Positions 25,720-38,222 of a stretch of DNA of 64,000 bases are shown piece after piece. The notes beneath the pieces were generated by a model, which saw only the letters and a program-made list of their open reading frames with translations, was not told the origin of the DNA and did no database searches. The DNA comes from Camelus ferus (taxonomy: Eukaryota): positions 100,380,001 to 100,444,000 of the forward strand of contig NC_045696.1 in assembly GCF_009834535.1 (NCBI RefSeq). Direction: 5' to 3'. The position numbers were made by a program, and so were the translations under genes. The first letter of the stretch is position 1, and every line of letters begins with the position of its first letter.

Positions 25720-28350
25720 TTATTTTTAACAACAAAAATAATTTACTGAATATTATTTTTCCATTTAAAGATATTAAACCATGAAGATAAAAGTCTGCAT
25801 ACTTACTTAGAAGTCCCAGTTTCTTTCCTAAAGATAACCATCTTATTTTTTATATAATCTAGAAACATGCAAATGCATACAGAAAAGTATTTGGCATCTA
25901 TTTGCATAAATCTTGTATGTATTTTTCTATAACTTTCTTCCCTATAACTTTTTGGGGCATTGTTCCGTATCTTGATAAGATGTTATCATGTTACTTTTTT
26001 GCTGCTGCATTGTACTTCAGCATGTGGCTATACCATAGGTTATCTAACCATCCCTAGTGATAAAAATTTTGATTGTTTTGTTTTCTATTCTGTTGTATTT
26101 GCTCCTGTTTACACATATGTACATAGTCATCTAGAAGAAATAAGTGCCAGATTGCTGAATCCACATTTTTTAGATAGCAATAGAAACGGCCTCCTGGCTA
26201 TATTAAACTCCCACCATCAAGAGTATTAGAATCCTTTTTCCTACATCCTCAGAAACATTGCTGTAGTCTAACTTTATCATTCTTGCTAATCCAGTGGATA
26301 AAAACAGCTCATTATCATTTACTTTATATTCTCTCTTTTGTGAATTTACTGACAATAGAGTTTGCTTACCTGCTCCTCACCGTTTTAATTGAGAATATAT
26401 TCTGGAAATATTTTCCTTATCTGTCTGACATGTTTTCTTCTTGTTTTTCACTTATCTTTTAACTTTAAGATGTATTTGGTCATGCAGAAGTTTTAAATTT
26501 AGACATAGTCAAAATTACAAACACTTTCTCCATAACTTTGCATTTAATATTTTTTCTGAAGGCATTTCTGATATCAAGGGCATTAAATAATCTGTTTCAG
26601 TATAATATTTCCATACTTTAAAAAACTTTTTTATTTAGAAATTTAATCTATAGAGAGTTTTTTTGTTTTTTGTTTTGAATAGTGCGATCATCTAACTTTA
26701 TTTTTTCTAGTATGGGTACCAGGTTATCAAACACATTTAATTGACTAGTTTATCTTTCTTACTGATATGAAATGTTTTTATTATCCATTAAATAGACAAG
26801 TATATTTCTGAACCTTTAGTATGTTCCATTGATATATTTGTCTGATATTTATCAAACCAAAATATTTCTTCATTTTAACATTTTATAGCTTTTGTTAAAT
26901 TTCAGTAGAGCAAATTCTTTCTAATTTTTCTCATCAAAACATTTTTATTTTTGGCTTAGCTCCAGCATTTTTTTTTCCTGGATTAAAGTTAGTAATTAAT
27001 TTGTTGAATTTTGTTTTAAAAAAATGTTTGGATTCTTGTTGAGTTGGAATGGAGAAGAACTGATGTCTTTAAAATACTGTATATTCTTTCAGTGCATCTT
27101 CTTTATCTCTGTTTATTTTGTACCTTTCTAATGTCCTATATTCTTATTGAATCTTTCTTTTAGTTGTATTATTATGAGTTTTTTTATAAAGTGTATTTTG
27201 TTGATATTTTAAATGGATTCCTTTTTAATAATATAGTTACTAATTGATTCTTATTACTACTGTGTAGGAAACTCATCAATTTTATGTTTATCCTGAAGCT
27301 GGTTACTTGACTGAACTCTTACATAAGTTCTATTTTCTTTAACACTATTTTCTTGGAATTGCTAAGTACAGTAACATATTGAAAAAGATTATTTCTTTCC
27401 ATTAATTATACCTGTGTGGTTTTTGGTTTTGTTTTCTAGTTCTGGTCTTACTTCACTAGCATGTGTCAGAGTGGCATACACCATCTCCTTGAAGATTTTT
27501 AATTTAGAAGAGAGATTCCTTAGCACCTCTTTCTCTTAGCTTAGAGTCATTAACATTTCTGGAACTCAGCATGGGGCACATATGTTTCTTTGCTCTGGAA
27601 CAGTTTACATAATGCTAGAGCAGAGAAATACTGCTGTTTCTAAAGGTTTGGTAAAAACTTGCCAGCAATAACTTGCATTGTCATGCATGGTTTTGAGAGA
27701 GTTTGTGCTCTTTTATTTTTCATAGAGAGAATATTGCTTATTCCTGAGGCAAATTTTGTATTAAAAATGATTTTAGATAGAATTTCAGATATACTGTTGT
27801 AAAGTTATACATGGTACTTATAATTTTTTTTTTTGAAAAAAATCTTTGGATATAGTTAAGTCTCCCTTATAATTCCTAAATTGTTGTCGGAGGAGGTCAT
27901 CGAGAGGAAGTGATGGTCGGTTGACCTGGGAGCTGGACCCAGGCAATCGGAGGCTCCTCACTCCCTCCCTTATTCTTGGAAGGTACGTTCTCCCCACTGT
28001 TCCCATGGTGGGAGCTATTTTCAAGGACTCAGGCTTGAGAGAGCATGTGTTGTTGAGACCATCTGGATGGTATAGGTGACTGAACCCAGTTAAGGCCTCT
28101 CTGTAGTCATTTTAGATCCTGGCAGATAGATGCCAAGATCTATGCTTCTTGCTGCTACCCAAGACAAGCCTTGTATGTAAGTAAGTTTCTTCACTTACTA
28201 AATCTGCCACCTACCTTGTTGAAGTGGTCTTTCTTCCATGTCTCCTTGCCCTCCATGTCTGGGGTCCAATATGTGAATCAACAATGTTTACCTGTTCCAT
28301 TTCTTCCTTTTTTTCTTAATCAAATTTGCTGAAGGTGTATCTACATTATC
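25720..28350 (-). mobile_element. Fragmented ancient L1 (L1ME-like) 3' end and ORF2 remnant
   Basis: T-rich L1 antisense motifs: ctcccaccatcaagagtattagaatcc, gcagaagttttaaatttagacatagtcaaa, tgttccattgatatatttgtct, ggagaagaactgatgtcttt, ttgactgaactctt. Confidence 0.65.
27885..28283 (+). mobile_element. Solo LTR inserted in the L1ME remnant
   Basis: GC-richer island tgtcggagg...gaatcaaca with TG..CA ends and flanks ttgt / atgt; L1 sequence continues on both sides. Confidence 0.7.
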
Positions 28351-29930
28351 TAGTGGTGTACTAGAGCCAGTTTGGATTCCATGAGGCCAGGACCACATTC
28401 TCCGTTTCTCTCTCTTCCATTTTCTCTTCCTACCCCATTCACCACTTACCCCTTCAACCTTCCTTTTATCCTCTTTTTAATTTTTTTTCTCCTTTTTGTG
28501 GGGGAATATGGGACTTAACTAGGCCAAATAATTTCCAAAATGTCCCTTTACCCCCACTTTAAAATATTTCTAGCATAAAAATTTGCTCACTTGAAAATAA
28601 TACAGGTAAACTTTCCTTTGTGATTTATAGAACTTTTTTCCCCCAAATTGATAGGGTTGTGAGTTTTTAAAATTGTTCCAAGTGATTCACAGTAATTAGA
28701 ATTTTTAGTTTAATTAGCCTCCAAATAGATATTTAAATCCTGCTTCTTCCATTATTTTCTCTTTTATCTCTTCTTGTTGATTATTTTCATTTGTTTCAGA
28801 GAAATGCCTTCTTGTATTTCAGGGTCTCTAGTCAATTGTCGTATTTTTCTATTGGAATTTAACCCACAAAATAGTTTAGCTAGAACCTAGGACTGTTATG
28901 CTAGCACTACCACAATAATTTTTTTTTGTTCTTATTATTCCCAGATGTCTTGTTTTGTTCCAAATAATGAAAAGGTCATAAATTTAGGAGAAATAATAAA
29001 TATTAGAGAAAATGTCATTGATAAGATCCTACTTCTAAAACAAATGTTTAACTTCATCTGAAAACCCCATAATCCACTAACAAATGGAGAAATCATTTTT
29101 CTTCCCCCATATCAGACATTTTAAGTGAGATGTCTTCAAAATATGCTTCACATTTTTCAGTCTCTATTTTAAAAATTCGTGTGATCAAGAAAAGATGTGG
29201 TTTATTGTTTATAAATTAACATAGTGATGTGGTGTTTAAGTCACATTTTAAGGTTTTCTAATGTTTTAATAATAAAATGTAATGTTTACCTTCTAAAATT
29301 GTTAGCATTGTGCACATTTTAGTAAGGGGAAACTTAAAACATTTATTTATTTTTTAGATTCCAAGATCAAAGGAGTCCATTTAATATGATAATGAAATCT
29401 TCAAAATAGACTTCACACAGTTAAATATGGGTAGAAATTGAGATAACGTTTCAGATTTATTTCAAGTTTTAAGTATCTCAGAAAATAACAATTAATATCA
29501 TACAATCTCACATGAGATAACACCTCCTGAGAGAAGCTCTTTTTTGGAGGTAAAATTATGTTTTAAAAATGTTTTGGGATATTTAACCTTAAGTTTTCCT
29601 CATACCTTTTCATAATATAGTTGAAACATGTCACTTACTAAATACTAAAATAATCTAATATACATGTAAAAAAATAAGACCAAATGTGTTAGCCAGCAGC
29701 ATTCTTTCTGGAATCACAGTTAATTTCTCGGTTTTTCTGTTAAATGGTCTCGCCTGGCTCTGTAACTGCTTTTCATGATTCTCTTCTCATAAACTCCCAT
29801 CTGATTGTGCTGATGTCCTCAGTTAGAGAACTCGGCACCACATACTGGTTTCTAGAACTTTTTCACTCTCGAAGCCCATGTTTCTTGCTCTCCCACATGA
29901 CCTCACCGGCAAAAATGAAAATAATGACTA

Positions 29931-32496
29931 CAGTAGACACTTGAACAATGCAGGGATTAGGAAACACCCTCTTGCAGCTGAAAATCTTACCACAACTTTT
30001 GACTTCCCCCAAACTTAATGACTAAGAGCCTACTGTTGACTGGAAGCCTTATTGATAAAATGAGCAGTTGATTAATACATATTTGGTATGTTACATCTAT
30101 TGTGCACCATATTCTTACAATTAAATAAGCTAGAGAAGAGAAAATGTTAGTAAGAGTGCCATAAGGAAGAGAAAATAAATTTATAGTTCTGCACTATATT
30201 TATCAATACCATAAGTTTACATCATTTGTTTACAAAAGTGTAATTTCTGTCTGACTTTTTCCTTTTTTTATTCTTTAAAAATGTTTCTATACTGTACCAA
30301 TGCTCTTCCACCATTTGCTTTAGTTTTAATGCCCATATCATAGAAAAGTCCATGTCGTAAAAGAAGTCAAAAGCAACTAAATAATTGGAACCCTTCTGCT
30401 AGATTGTCTAATGTCAATTTGTTTCTGGCAAGCTTCTTCTATGTCTTCTTCCTATGGCACTAGTTTGGAATCACTCATCTCCATCAAGTTTCTTCTATTA
30501 ATTCCTCTGGTGTGGTGTCTTATTAGCTCTTGAATTTTTCCAAGATCTGTATCTTGAAACCTTTCGCTGCCCTCATCTGTTTTTGTCATATTCACAATCT
30601 CTTTCATGATTTCCTTGATTAGCACTGTTGTAAATCCTGTGATGTTATGCACAACATCTGGACACAATTTTCTCAGCAGGAATTTACTGTTTCAGGCTTA
30701 ATGGCTTTCACAGTTTTTTTTTAAAATAACAATGATGGCATCTTTAATACTGTAATCCTTCCAGACTTTCACAATGTTCTCTCGATTGAAGTTTTCTTCC
30801 ATAGCATTGACAATCCTTTCCACAGAGTACTGTGTGTAATGAGCCTTAAAGCTCTTTATGACCTCCTATGCAGAGGCTGAATTAAAGACATTGTGTTTGG
30901 AGGCAAGTAGACCACACTGATGCCTTTGGTGTTGAATTAATGGGGTTCTGGGTGTCCAGGGTCATATCAATATCAAAATAACTTTAAAAGGCGTTTCCTT
31001 GCTGGCGGGGGACTCCCTGACTTCAGAGACAAAGAGTCCATGAAACCAACCTGGAAAAAGTGTTCTTATTTTCCAGGCCTCCTTATTCTGATTAGAAGAC
31101 TATCAGCTTGTGTTTTATCTTTTCCCTTCAAGGCTCGGGGATTAGCAGCTTTATAGATAAGGACAGTCCTAATCATCAACCTGACTGCCTTTGCGCAAAA
31201 CAGTGGAGTTAGCATCTCCTTTCCTGCCTTAAATCCTGGTGCTCGCTTCTCTTCCTTACTAATAAATGTCTTCTGTGGCATTTTTTCCCCCAGAATAGGG
31301 TACTTTCATCTGCATTAAAAGCTTGTTCAGGCAGATATCCTTCCTCCTCCATGATTTTCTTTATGGCGTCTGGAAACTCATCTGCTGCCACTTGATCAGC
31401 AGAAGCTACTTCCCCTAGTACCTTGACGTTTTGAAGCCAAACTTAAAAAAAAAATTATCAAACCATCCTTTGCTGGTATTAAATTCTCTGGCTTTAGATC
31501 CTTCACCTTTCTTTTGCTTTAAGTTGTCATAGAATGATTTTTCTTTTTCTCAAGTCATGTTAGCGTCTATAGGTGTGCCTTTCTTAGAGCAATCCTGCAC
31601 CCACGTGAAAGCTGCATTTTCAATCTGAGATGAAAAGATATTCTGAAAGAAGTGCAAGGTTTTCATGCCTGATGGCATAGCTACAGCAATGTCTTCACAC
31701 ATTTTCTTTTCTTTTCTTTTCTTTTTTTTGCAATAGCCCTTATTCTGGATTCATTTATTTTGGAATGGCAGGCAACCACAGCTGCAGACCCCAGTTTTGG
31801 TACATATCAAGCGATCCAACTTTTTTTTTTTTTTTATAATGTCATGACTATTCTTTGTTTCTTGGGAACACTTCCAGCATCACTAGTGGCATGTCATCTG
31901 CATCCCATGGTGTTATTCAAGGTTCATGTTAGTGCACTAAACATGATAAAAAACAAAAAACACAAGAACCTCTAGAGATCACTTTTTACTGTGATACGTA
32001 ATTTACTGAAGAGATGAACTTCTCACATGAAGATGATTAGCATCACATGGTGTTTTAAACGAATACTGACTGCAATAGCAACAGAAGGTGGCTATGAAGT
32101 TTTTCCAATAGTTCAGTATGTGCTAGGTGGTTGTATGCAGTTATGATTTAATTCTACATCTTTATGTTTGTTTACATTTCTCTTGACTACAAATGGCGCC
32201 CAGTATGGTCTGTAAATGTTTGCATGCATAAGTTTTGATAAAACTTAATTTTTTGTAATAGATTTGTATATATTTTATAGTAAAATAATAGACTAGTATT
32301 TACATATATTTTATGCATTCATGACATACCAAGTTTTTTCTTAATTTCTTTGGGTATTTCTACACTACATGGTTCAATTGCAAGTTTTTTTGAATAGTTA
32401 CAAATCTCCAAAAAGTTTTCCAGTATACTTATTGAAAAAAAATCTGCATATAAGTGGATTCATACAATTCAAGCTGGCATTGTTCAAATGTAACTG
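29931..32496 (-). mobile_element. Near-full-length Tigger2 (pogo/TcMar) DNA transposon
   Basis: TIRs cagtagacacttgaacaatgc (after TA at 29929-29930) and gcattgttcaaatgtaactg; internal transposase remnants. Confidence 0.93.
30380..31760 (-). pseudogene. Frameshifted Tigger2 DDE transposase remnant
   Basis: Track ORFs give EEEGYLPEQAFNADESTLFW, MPQKTFISKEEKRAPGFKAGK...IYKAANPRALKGKDK and CPDVVHNITGF...FQDTDLGKIQELI in different frames. Confidence 0.9.
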
Positions 32497-33745
32497 ATCA
32501 TTTCCATTTATTGTAAAAAGTGCTAGCAAGAACTTCCCATTGTTTTGTCCAAGAGGGATTTTTTTTTAAAAAAGACAACTGAATGAACCTGCATGAAAGG
32601 GAGAGAAGTAAATACATATTAAGGAGAGTGGGCAGTAGCGGATGGGAGAAGATAAAGATTTCCTGAATAAAAAAGAATGTGAAAATATGCATCCTGTTAC
32701 CAGTCTAGTTCTTCCTGATATTTGGAAATCGACTCCACAATTCTCAGAATTTTATCTTGATCACCACCAGAACTATACCCTCAGCTTGAGAAATGCTGAG
32801 ACCCACATCAGATCTCCTTTGGCGAGGCAGGCAATAAACAGTGAATTCGAGGTAAAAATATATCAAGAACTGTCCAAAATTGTGCCCATAGAATAACTTG
32901 TTATAGTGACAAAATAATAAAACACAAAATCTAGCAGAGAAAATATAATGCTAGAATATCTCAGAGCCATACTGACCACATTATAATGGTAAATATAAGG
33001 GATACCTTCTTATTGAATCGAGTGCCCAAAGGAATTATCTCCTGGTCTTTTTTCTGCATCATCTCACTCTTTTAAAGACTGAACAATGTTGCCTTAGCAA
33101 CTGAAGAAAAATATATCTTGGGCACATCTGTTGTTTATCCTGTATCATTTCTAAATACAATTTGAATGTGCTGGCATGCAAAGTGATCCTTAATTTAATG
33201 AATATACACAGTTTTCACAGAATTGCTATAAAAAGTTCTATTTAAATTAGTTTTCAAGATTGTAGATGGTTACGTGTGGAAAATAAATACCCACTGTTAA
33301 TGGAATATATTAACATAATAACTGCCTGATTAAAATTGAGATGTTTATATAATGAAATCTGACCCACAAAGACAGCAAAATCACACTTACTTCTCATATT
33401 CAGCCAACAATGTCAATAAAACAGTTAAAGAGATGTATTAGGACATACTTAGTTATTTTAATTATATATCAAGCTTCATGCCATGCACATCAGTGACTCA
33501 ATTAATATTTTATAATAGCTCTGTTCCTCTTTAGAGCTAAATAGAACTAATCATGAAAAGTAACTTTAAAAGATGCACTTCACTTTAAGTGAATCTGATC
33601 TTAAGGAAACTTGGACTTATCTAAAAATGTTTACCTTACAGGGGAAGGAGGGAGATGCACTCCAGTGGGACATACATAAGTGGGGCCTTACATAAACACA
33701 TAAATGAACTTGCTGCCTAGTCCCTGGAGATATGAATTGTATGCA

Positions 33746-34591
33746 CAGGCATACCTCATTTTATTGTTCTTCACTTTCTTGTGCTTCACAGGTACTGCAT
33801 TTTTTTGGGGTTTTGTTTTGTTTGGTTTTGTTTTTTTTATAAATTGGAAGTTTATGGCAACTCTTTGGGGACAGATCGGTACCATTTTTCCAACAGCATT
33901 TGCCCACTTTGGGTTCCTGTGTCACATTTTGATAATTCTTTCAGTATTTCAGACTTTTTTTTATTATATTTGTTATGGTGATCTGTGATCAGCAATCTTG
34001 GCTGTTACCATTGTAATTGTCTTGGGGTACCATGAATCATGCCCATTTAAGATAGCAAACTTAATTGATAAGTGTGTGTGTTCTTACCGCTCCACTGACC
34101 AGCTGTTTCCTCATCTCTCTCCATCTCCTTGGCCTCCCTATTCTGTGAGACACAATGATATTGGAATTAGGCCAATTAATAACCCTACAGTGGCCTCTGT
34201 GTATTCAAGTAAAAGGCAGAGTCATATGTCTCTCACTTTAAATCAAAAGCTAGAGATGATTAAGCTTAGTAAGGAAGCTGAGGTGGGCTAAAAGCTAAGC
34301 TTCTTGCCCCAAGCAGTTAGCCGAGTTGTGAGTGCAAAGAGAAAGTTCTTTCAGAACATTAAAAGGGCTATTCTAGGGGGCACACAAATGATAAGAAAGA
34401 AAAACAGCCTTATTACTGAAATGAGAAAGTTTTAGTGACCTGCAAAAAAGATCAAATCAGCCACATTCTTTTAATTCATTCCCTTAAAACATTCCCTTAA
34501 GCCAAAGTCAAATCCAGAGAAAGCCCTAACTCTCTTCAATTCAAGGAAGGCTGACAGAGGTGAGAAAGTCATAGAAGAAAAGTTGGAAGCT
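33746..34591 (+). mobile_element. Tigger1 5' portion (left TIR and N-terminal CENP-B-like HTH region), 3'-truncated
   Basis: Starts caggcatacctcattttattg; encodes ...SLTLNQKLEMIKLSKE; ends at gaagaaaagttggaagct. Confidence 0.93.
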
Positions 34592-34609
34592 TTTGGAAAG
34601 GTAAGATAG

Positions 34610-34815
34610 TTCCTCCTTATGCTGAATTTGCATAGCATTTTATTTATACTGCATCATAGCATTTTCTGTGTAATTGATTACTCTTGTTATGTTTGTTCTC
34701 CTCTTTATTATGAAAAAGCTGCTCAAGGACAGTGTTCATAGTTTCCTAATTGCCTATCAGTGGTGTTTGGCATAATGGCCAGCACCAAAGAGGTGCTCAG
34801 TAAATGTCCTCTAAA
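34610..34815 (+). mobile_element. L2 3' end fragment
   Basis: aagctgctcaaggacagtg...gcataatggccagcaccaaagaggtgctcagtaaatgt. Confidence 0.55.
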
Positions 34816-37088
34816 TGAGAACTTGTTGGTGTGTTTGTAAGTATTTTACTGTTTTGACTGTTGTCCCTTTGAATAGCCTGAGTTAATGAAGCTTCTCTGT
34901 TCTTGAAAGAAGGGAGTATTTTAAAGAAGCAACACATTGCAAATACACATTTAGAAATGTGCTTATGTTACATTTTTAGAGAAAGTGAGTAATGAAATAG
35001 ATATATTGTTAAATCAAAAGCAAGCATTAAAATTCATTTTACTGCAGTGATGAGGAAGCTAGACAGATTCAGTTTGGTTTTAAAATGCAAGTTCCAGTTA
35101 GAGCCAGAGCTATTTTGTGGGACAACTCAATGGAAGAATTGTAAACAACCATGGAAAAACATATATTTGTCTCCAAAATCAAGATGACAGTTTCATACCC
35201 AGTGTATATTTTCATGGTAGAATAGCTAGAAAGACTGTGGTTTTTGGCAGTAAACTAAATATAAGATTTCTTTTTTTGGCTCAGATTTTATTTTATATTT
35301 TTACTGAACTGTTGAAAAAGGAGTCTGTCTACCTGCAAAAACACAGGCCTTCATCATAAAATGAACTCATGTTTTGTTATATATGTGTATCTATTACATA
35401 TGTTATATGTATCATATACTGTATATGCAGATGTGTGTGTATTTTTCTCTTTTTTTCTTTTATTTATTTTCTTTCTTCTTTTCTTTGCCTCAGTTGGCTC
35501 TTACTAGCTGCAGTTTTGAAAACTACATCCTGAAATATCTTATGATGATATTTTTTTCTTAGAAAGACTGTAAGTTCTGTTTTTTATTGACAGTGACCCA
35601 GATGCTGTCCAGTCAGAATTATCGACTGAGATATAAGAATTTGAGCTATAAATACAGCCTTCATTTCTTATTCCAGGAAACTACTTGTTCTGAAAGCTAA
35701 TATACCTGGAATAATACTTTATTGCAAGTAAGAAATTCTTCACTTAGAAATTGATCTAAATTTTCTAAGAGTTCTCCTGCTTGCTTGCTTATTTATTTTA
35801 TTTGTTTGATTGTTTTATAGTTCCTGGAGGACCTATGTAGACAACCCTAAAGATTTGCCCAATGAAACTGAGCAAAATAAGTTGTTAAATACATGCACCT
35901 TTTGGTGCCCAAACTCCTTACTCTGTCTCTGAAGGGACTTTGTAATGTATGGTGATAGCACTTTTGCTCTCCCTGAGACTATTTCTGGTTAATTTCTGCT
36001 CCATGCAGATCTGGCTTATTTTGTTTTAGGGACCATGTGAGTATGCTCCACTAGTGAATAATACTTGGATCTGTTCTTATTTTGTAATATGTTTGTATAT
36101 GTTTATCAAACTTGGAAAAGCCTCAGTGACTGGCCCTCTCTTCTTTGTAACTAGATGGAGGTGGGTGATTTTAATCTGGTCTCAACTGTATTTGAGAACA
36201 TCTTCATTTGAGGACTTAACTTTTTGTGCCGTTGTGCTGATTTCGTCATGCTTGTGAAACATTTTAAAGTCAAAGTCAGAAGTTCTCTTCTGAAAGTGCT
36301 CATATTCTTTATAATTAGTGTGATGTTCTGTTTTTATTTTAAAACATTGTCACTTTGGCTAAAACTGTAGTCAAGAGTATAATCATTTTGTCTTTATGTT
36401 TTGATTTAATAACCAGTCTTCTCAGATAACTCTTAATCATATTGACTTTCTCATACTCAGAGTACAGTTTTTCAGCTATCAGCTGACATCACTATTAGAA
36501 CAAACACTTGTTATACTCTACTGGGGGACTGGATTAGGGAATCCAGGAGACCTTTAGTCTATAAACAGATGACTCTGTGTGAAAGCAGACTTCTAAGCCA
36601 AGTCCTGGCTATAAAGAATTAATTATGTACAATTGACTGTAACTGATATAAGGGGAATTTAATTATAGTTAATGTTATAATTTTGGATGGGCAAACTATA
36701 AAACAGTTTTCTTTCTCCTTGGACTATTTCTAATCCTCAGTTTAATAAGCCACACTTGGGAAAAATGAAATAAAATCTCTTGCCCCAACCAACTCTCTCA
36801 GAATTGGAAAAAAAAAAAATCTTATGGAAAATCTTAAGAAAGTTTGATGATAACCTAATGGTCATTATCAAAACTTAAAAATGGTTAATGTATAGAAAAT
36901 ATTGACTATATATTGATCAGCTTTGTCTTCAAAACTAATTATATAAGTGGTCAAATATTATAAAACTACTTTTCATGGCAATGTATTTATTTGCATTGTT
37001 TCAATAGAAATCTCTTCTTCTTTCCACCAGAATTTAATTGGATAAACCAAAATTTGTAACTAGGGCCATTCCAGAAATGTCACATTAA

Positions 37089-37310
37089 AAAGTAAACTCA
37101 TTGCAGAAAGAAGATTAGAAGTTGCCAGGAACTGGGGGAAAAGTTGGATAGGAAGTTATTGCTTAATGGGTAGGGTTTTTGTTTTGGATGATGAAAAAGT
37201 TTTGGAAACAGTGAATGGAACACTGTGAATGAAATTAATGCCATTAAATTGTACACCTAAAAATGGTCAAATGGCAAATTTTGTGTTGTATATATTTTAC
37301 GACAATAAAA
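37089..37310 (+). mobile_element. L1MB/L1MC-like 3' end
   Basis: agattagaagttgccagg...gcttaatgggtagggtttttgttttggatgatgaaaaagttttggaa...aattgtacacctaaaaatgg...tattttacgacaataaaa. Confidence 0.85.
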
Positions 37311-37363
37311 TTTTATTTATATATATATATATATATATCAATCATTTAATTAAGTGTAGTAAG

Positions 37364-37833
37364 CTACATTCCTTTTCTCCACACCCTCTCCAGCATTTAT
37401 CAGTTGTGGACTTTTGAATGATGGCCATTCTAACTGGTGTGAGGTGATATCTTATTGTAGTTTTGATTTGCATTTTTCTGATAATTAGTGATATTGAGCA
37501 TTTTTTCATGTGCCTATTGGTCATTTATATGTCTTCATTGGAGAATTGCTTGTTTAGGTCTTCTACCCATTTTTGGATTGATTTGTTTGTTTTTTTCTTA
37601 TTAAGTTGTACAAGATGTTTATAAATTCTGGAAATGTTGTATGTATGTATTGGTGTTGACTCACAGACATAGAAAACAAACTTATGGTTACCAGGGAGAA
37701 AGGAGACAGGAAGGAATAAATTGAGAGTTTAGTATTTGCAGATACTAACTACTGTATATAAAGTAGATAAACAACAAGTTTCTACTGTATAGCACAGGGA
37801 ACTATATTCAATATCTTGAAATAAAAAAATAAA
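37364..37833 (+). mobile_element. 5'-inverted (twin-primed) L1 insertion
   Basis: Antisense ORF2 C-terminus ([50 protein letters not shown]) joined to a sense 3' UTR; 13-bp TSD taagtgtagtaag (37351-37363 / 37834-37846). Confidence 0.9.
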
Positions 37834-37959
37834 TAAGTGTAGTAAGGCCATTTTAAGGAACAGAACTGTGTTTCAGTTTTGGAAACAGTGCTTCAAAGTC
37901 CTTCTAGGCATCTGGTCTGATATCTACTGTCAAGTGACCAAAATAACACAGTTTAGTAA

Positions 37960-38222
37960 CGAGTATGACGCCCTTTGTTCAAGGGAAAACAATCCATGGA
38001 TTGTGGGAGGTAGTGTCTCACAAGCAGTAAGACATTTTTCCTAAAGGATTTTGGGCAAGAGTGAGTATAAAACTCCCGTTAGAAACATCAGTGTGTTAGA
38101 AGCAGCAATGCGGAAACAAGGCCTGATTGGCTAAGAGGTCGTGACTTCCCTGGTAAGGCCGGCAGGCCCTGTTCTGTAGAGTCAGGTGAGCAAGCTGAAG
38201 CAGAGTTGGAGGGTCGTGATCG
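37960..38222 (+). promoter_or_regulatory. Candidate promoter / first exon
   Basis: TATAAAA 38066-38072, MYB-type CCGTTA 38076-38081, CTGATTGGCT 38123-38132, TGACG 37966-37970, 8 CpGs in about 260 bp, donors CTG|GTAAGG and CAG|GTGAGC. Confidence 0.35.

Noticed and set aside
30380..31760. Domesticated TIGD-like transposase gene
   Set aside because: Split over several frames with stops and enclosed by TIRs; a neutrally decayed Tigger2.
35677..35727. Possible 51-nt coding exon (tccag|...|gtaaga, one open frame KLLVLKANIPGIILYC)
   Set aside because: No recognisable protein and no compatible neighbouring exons; such site pairs are common by chance.
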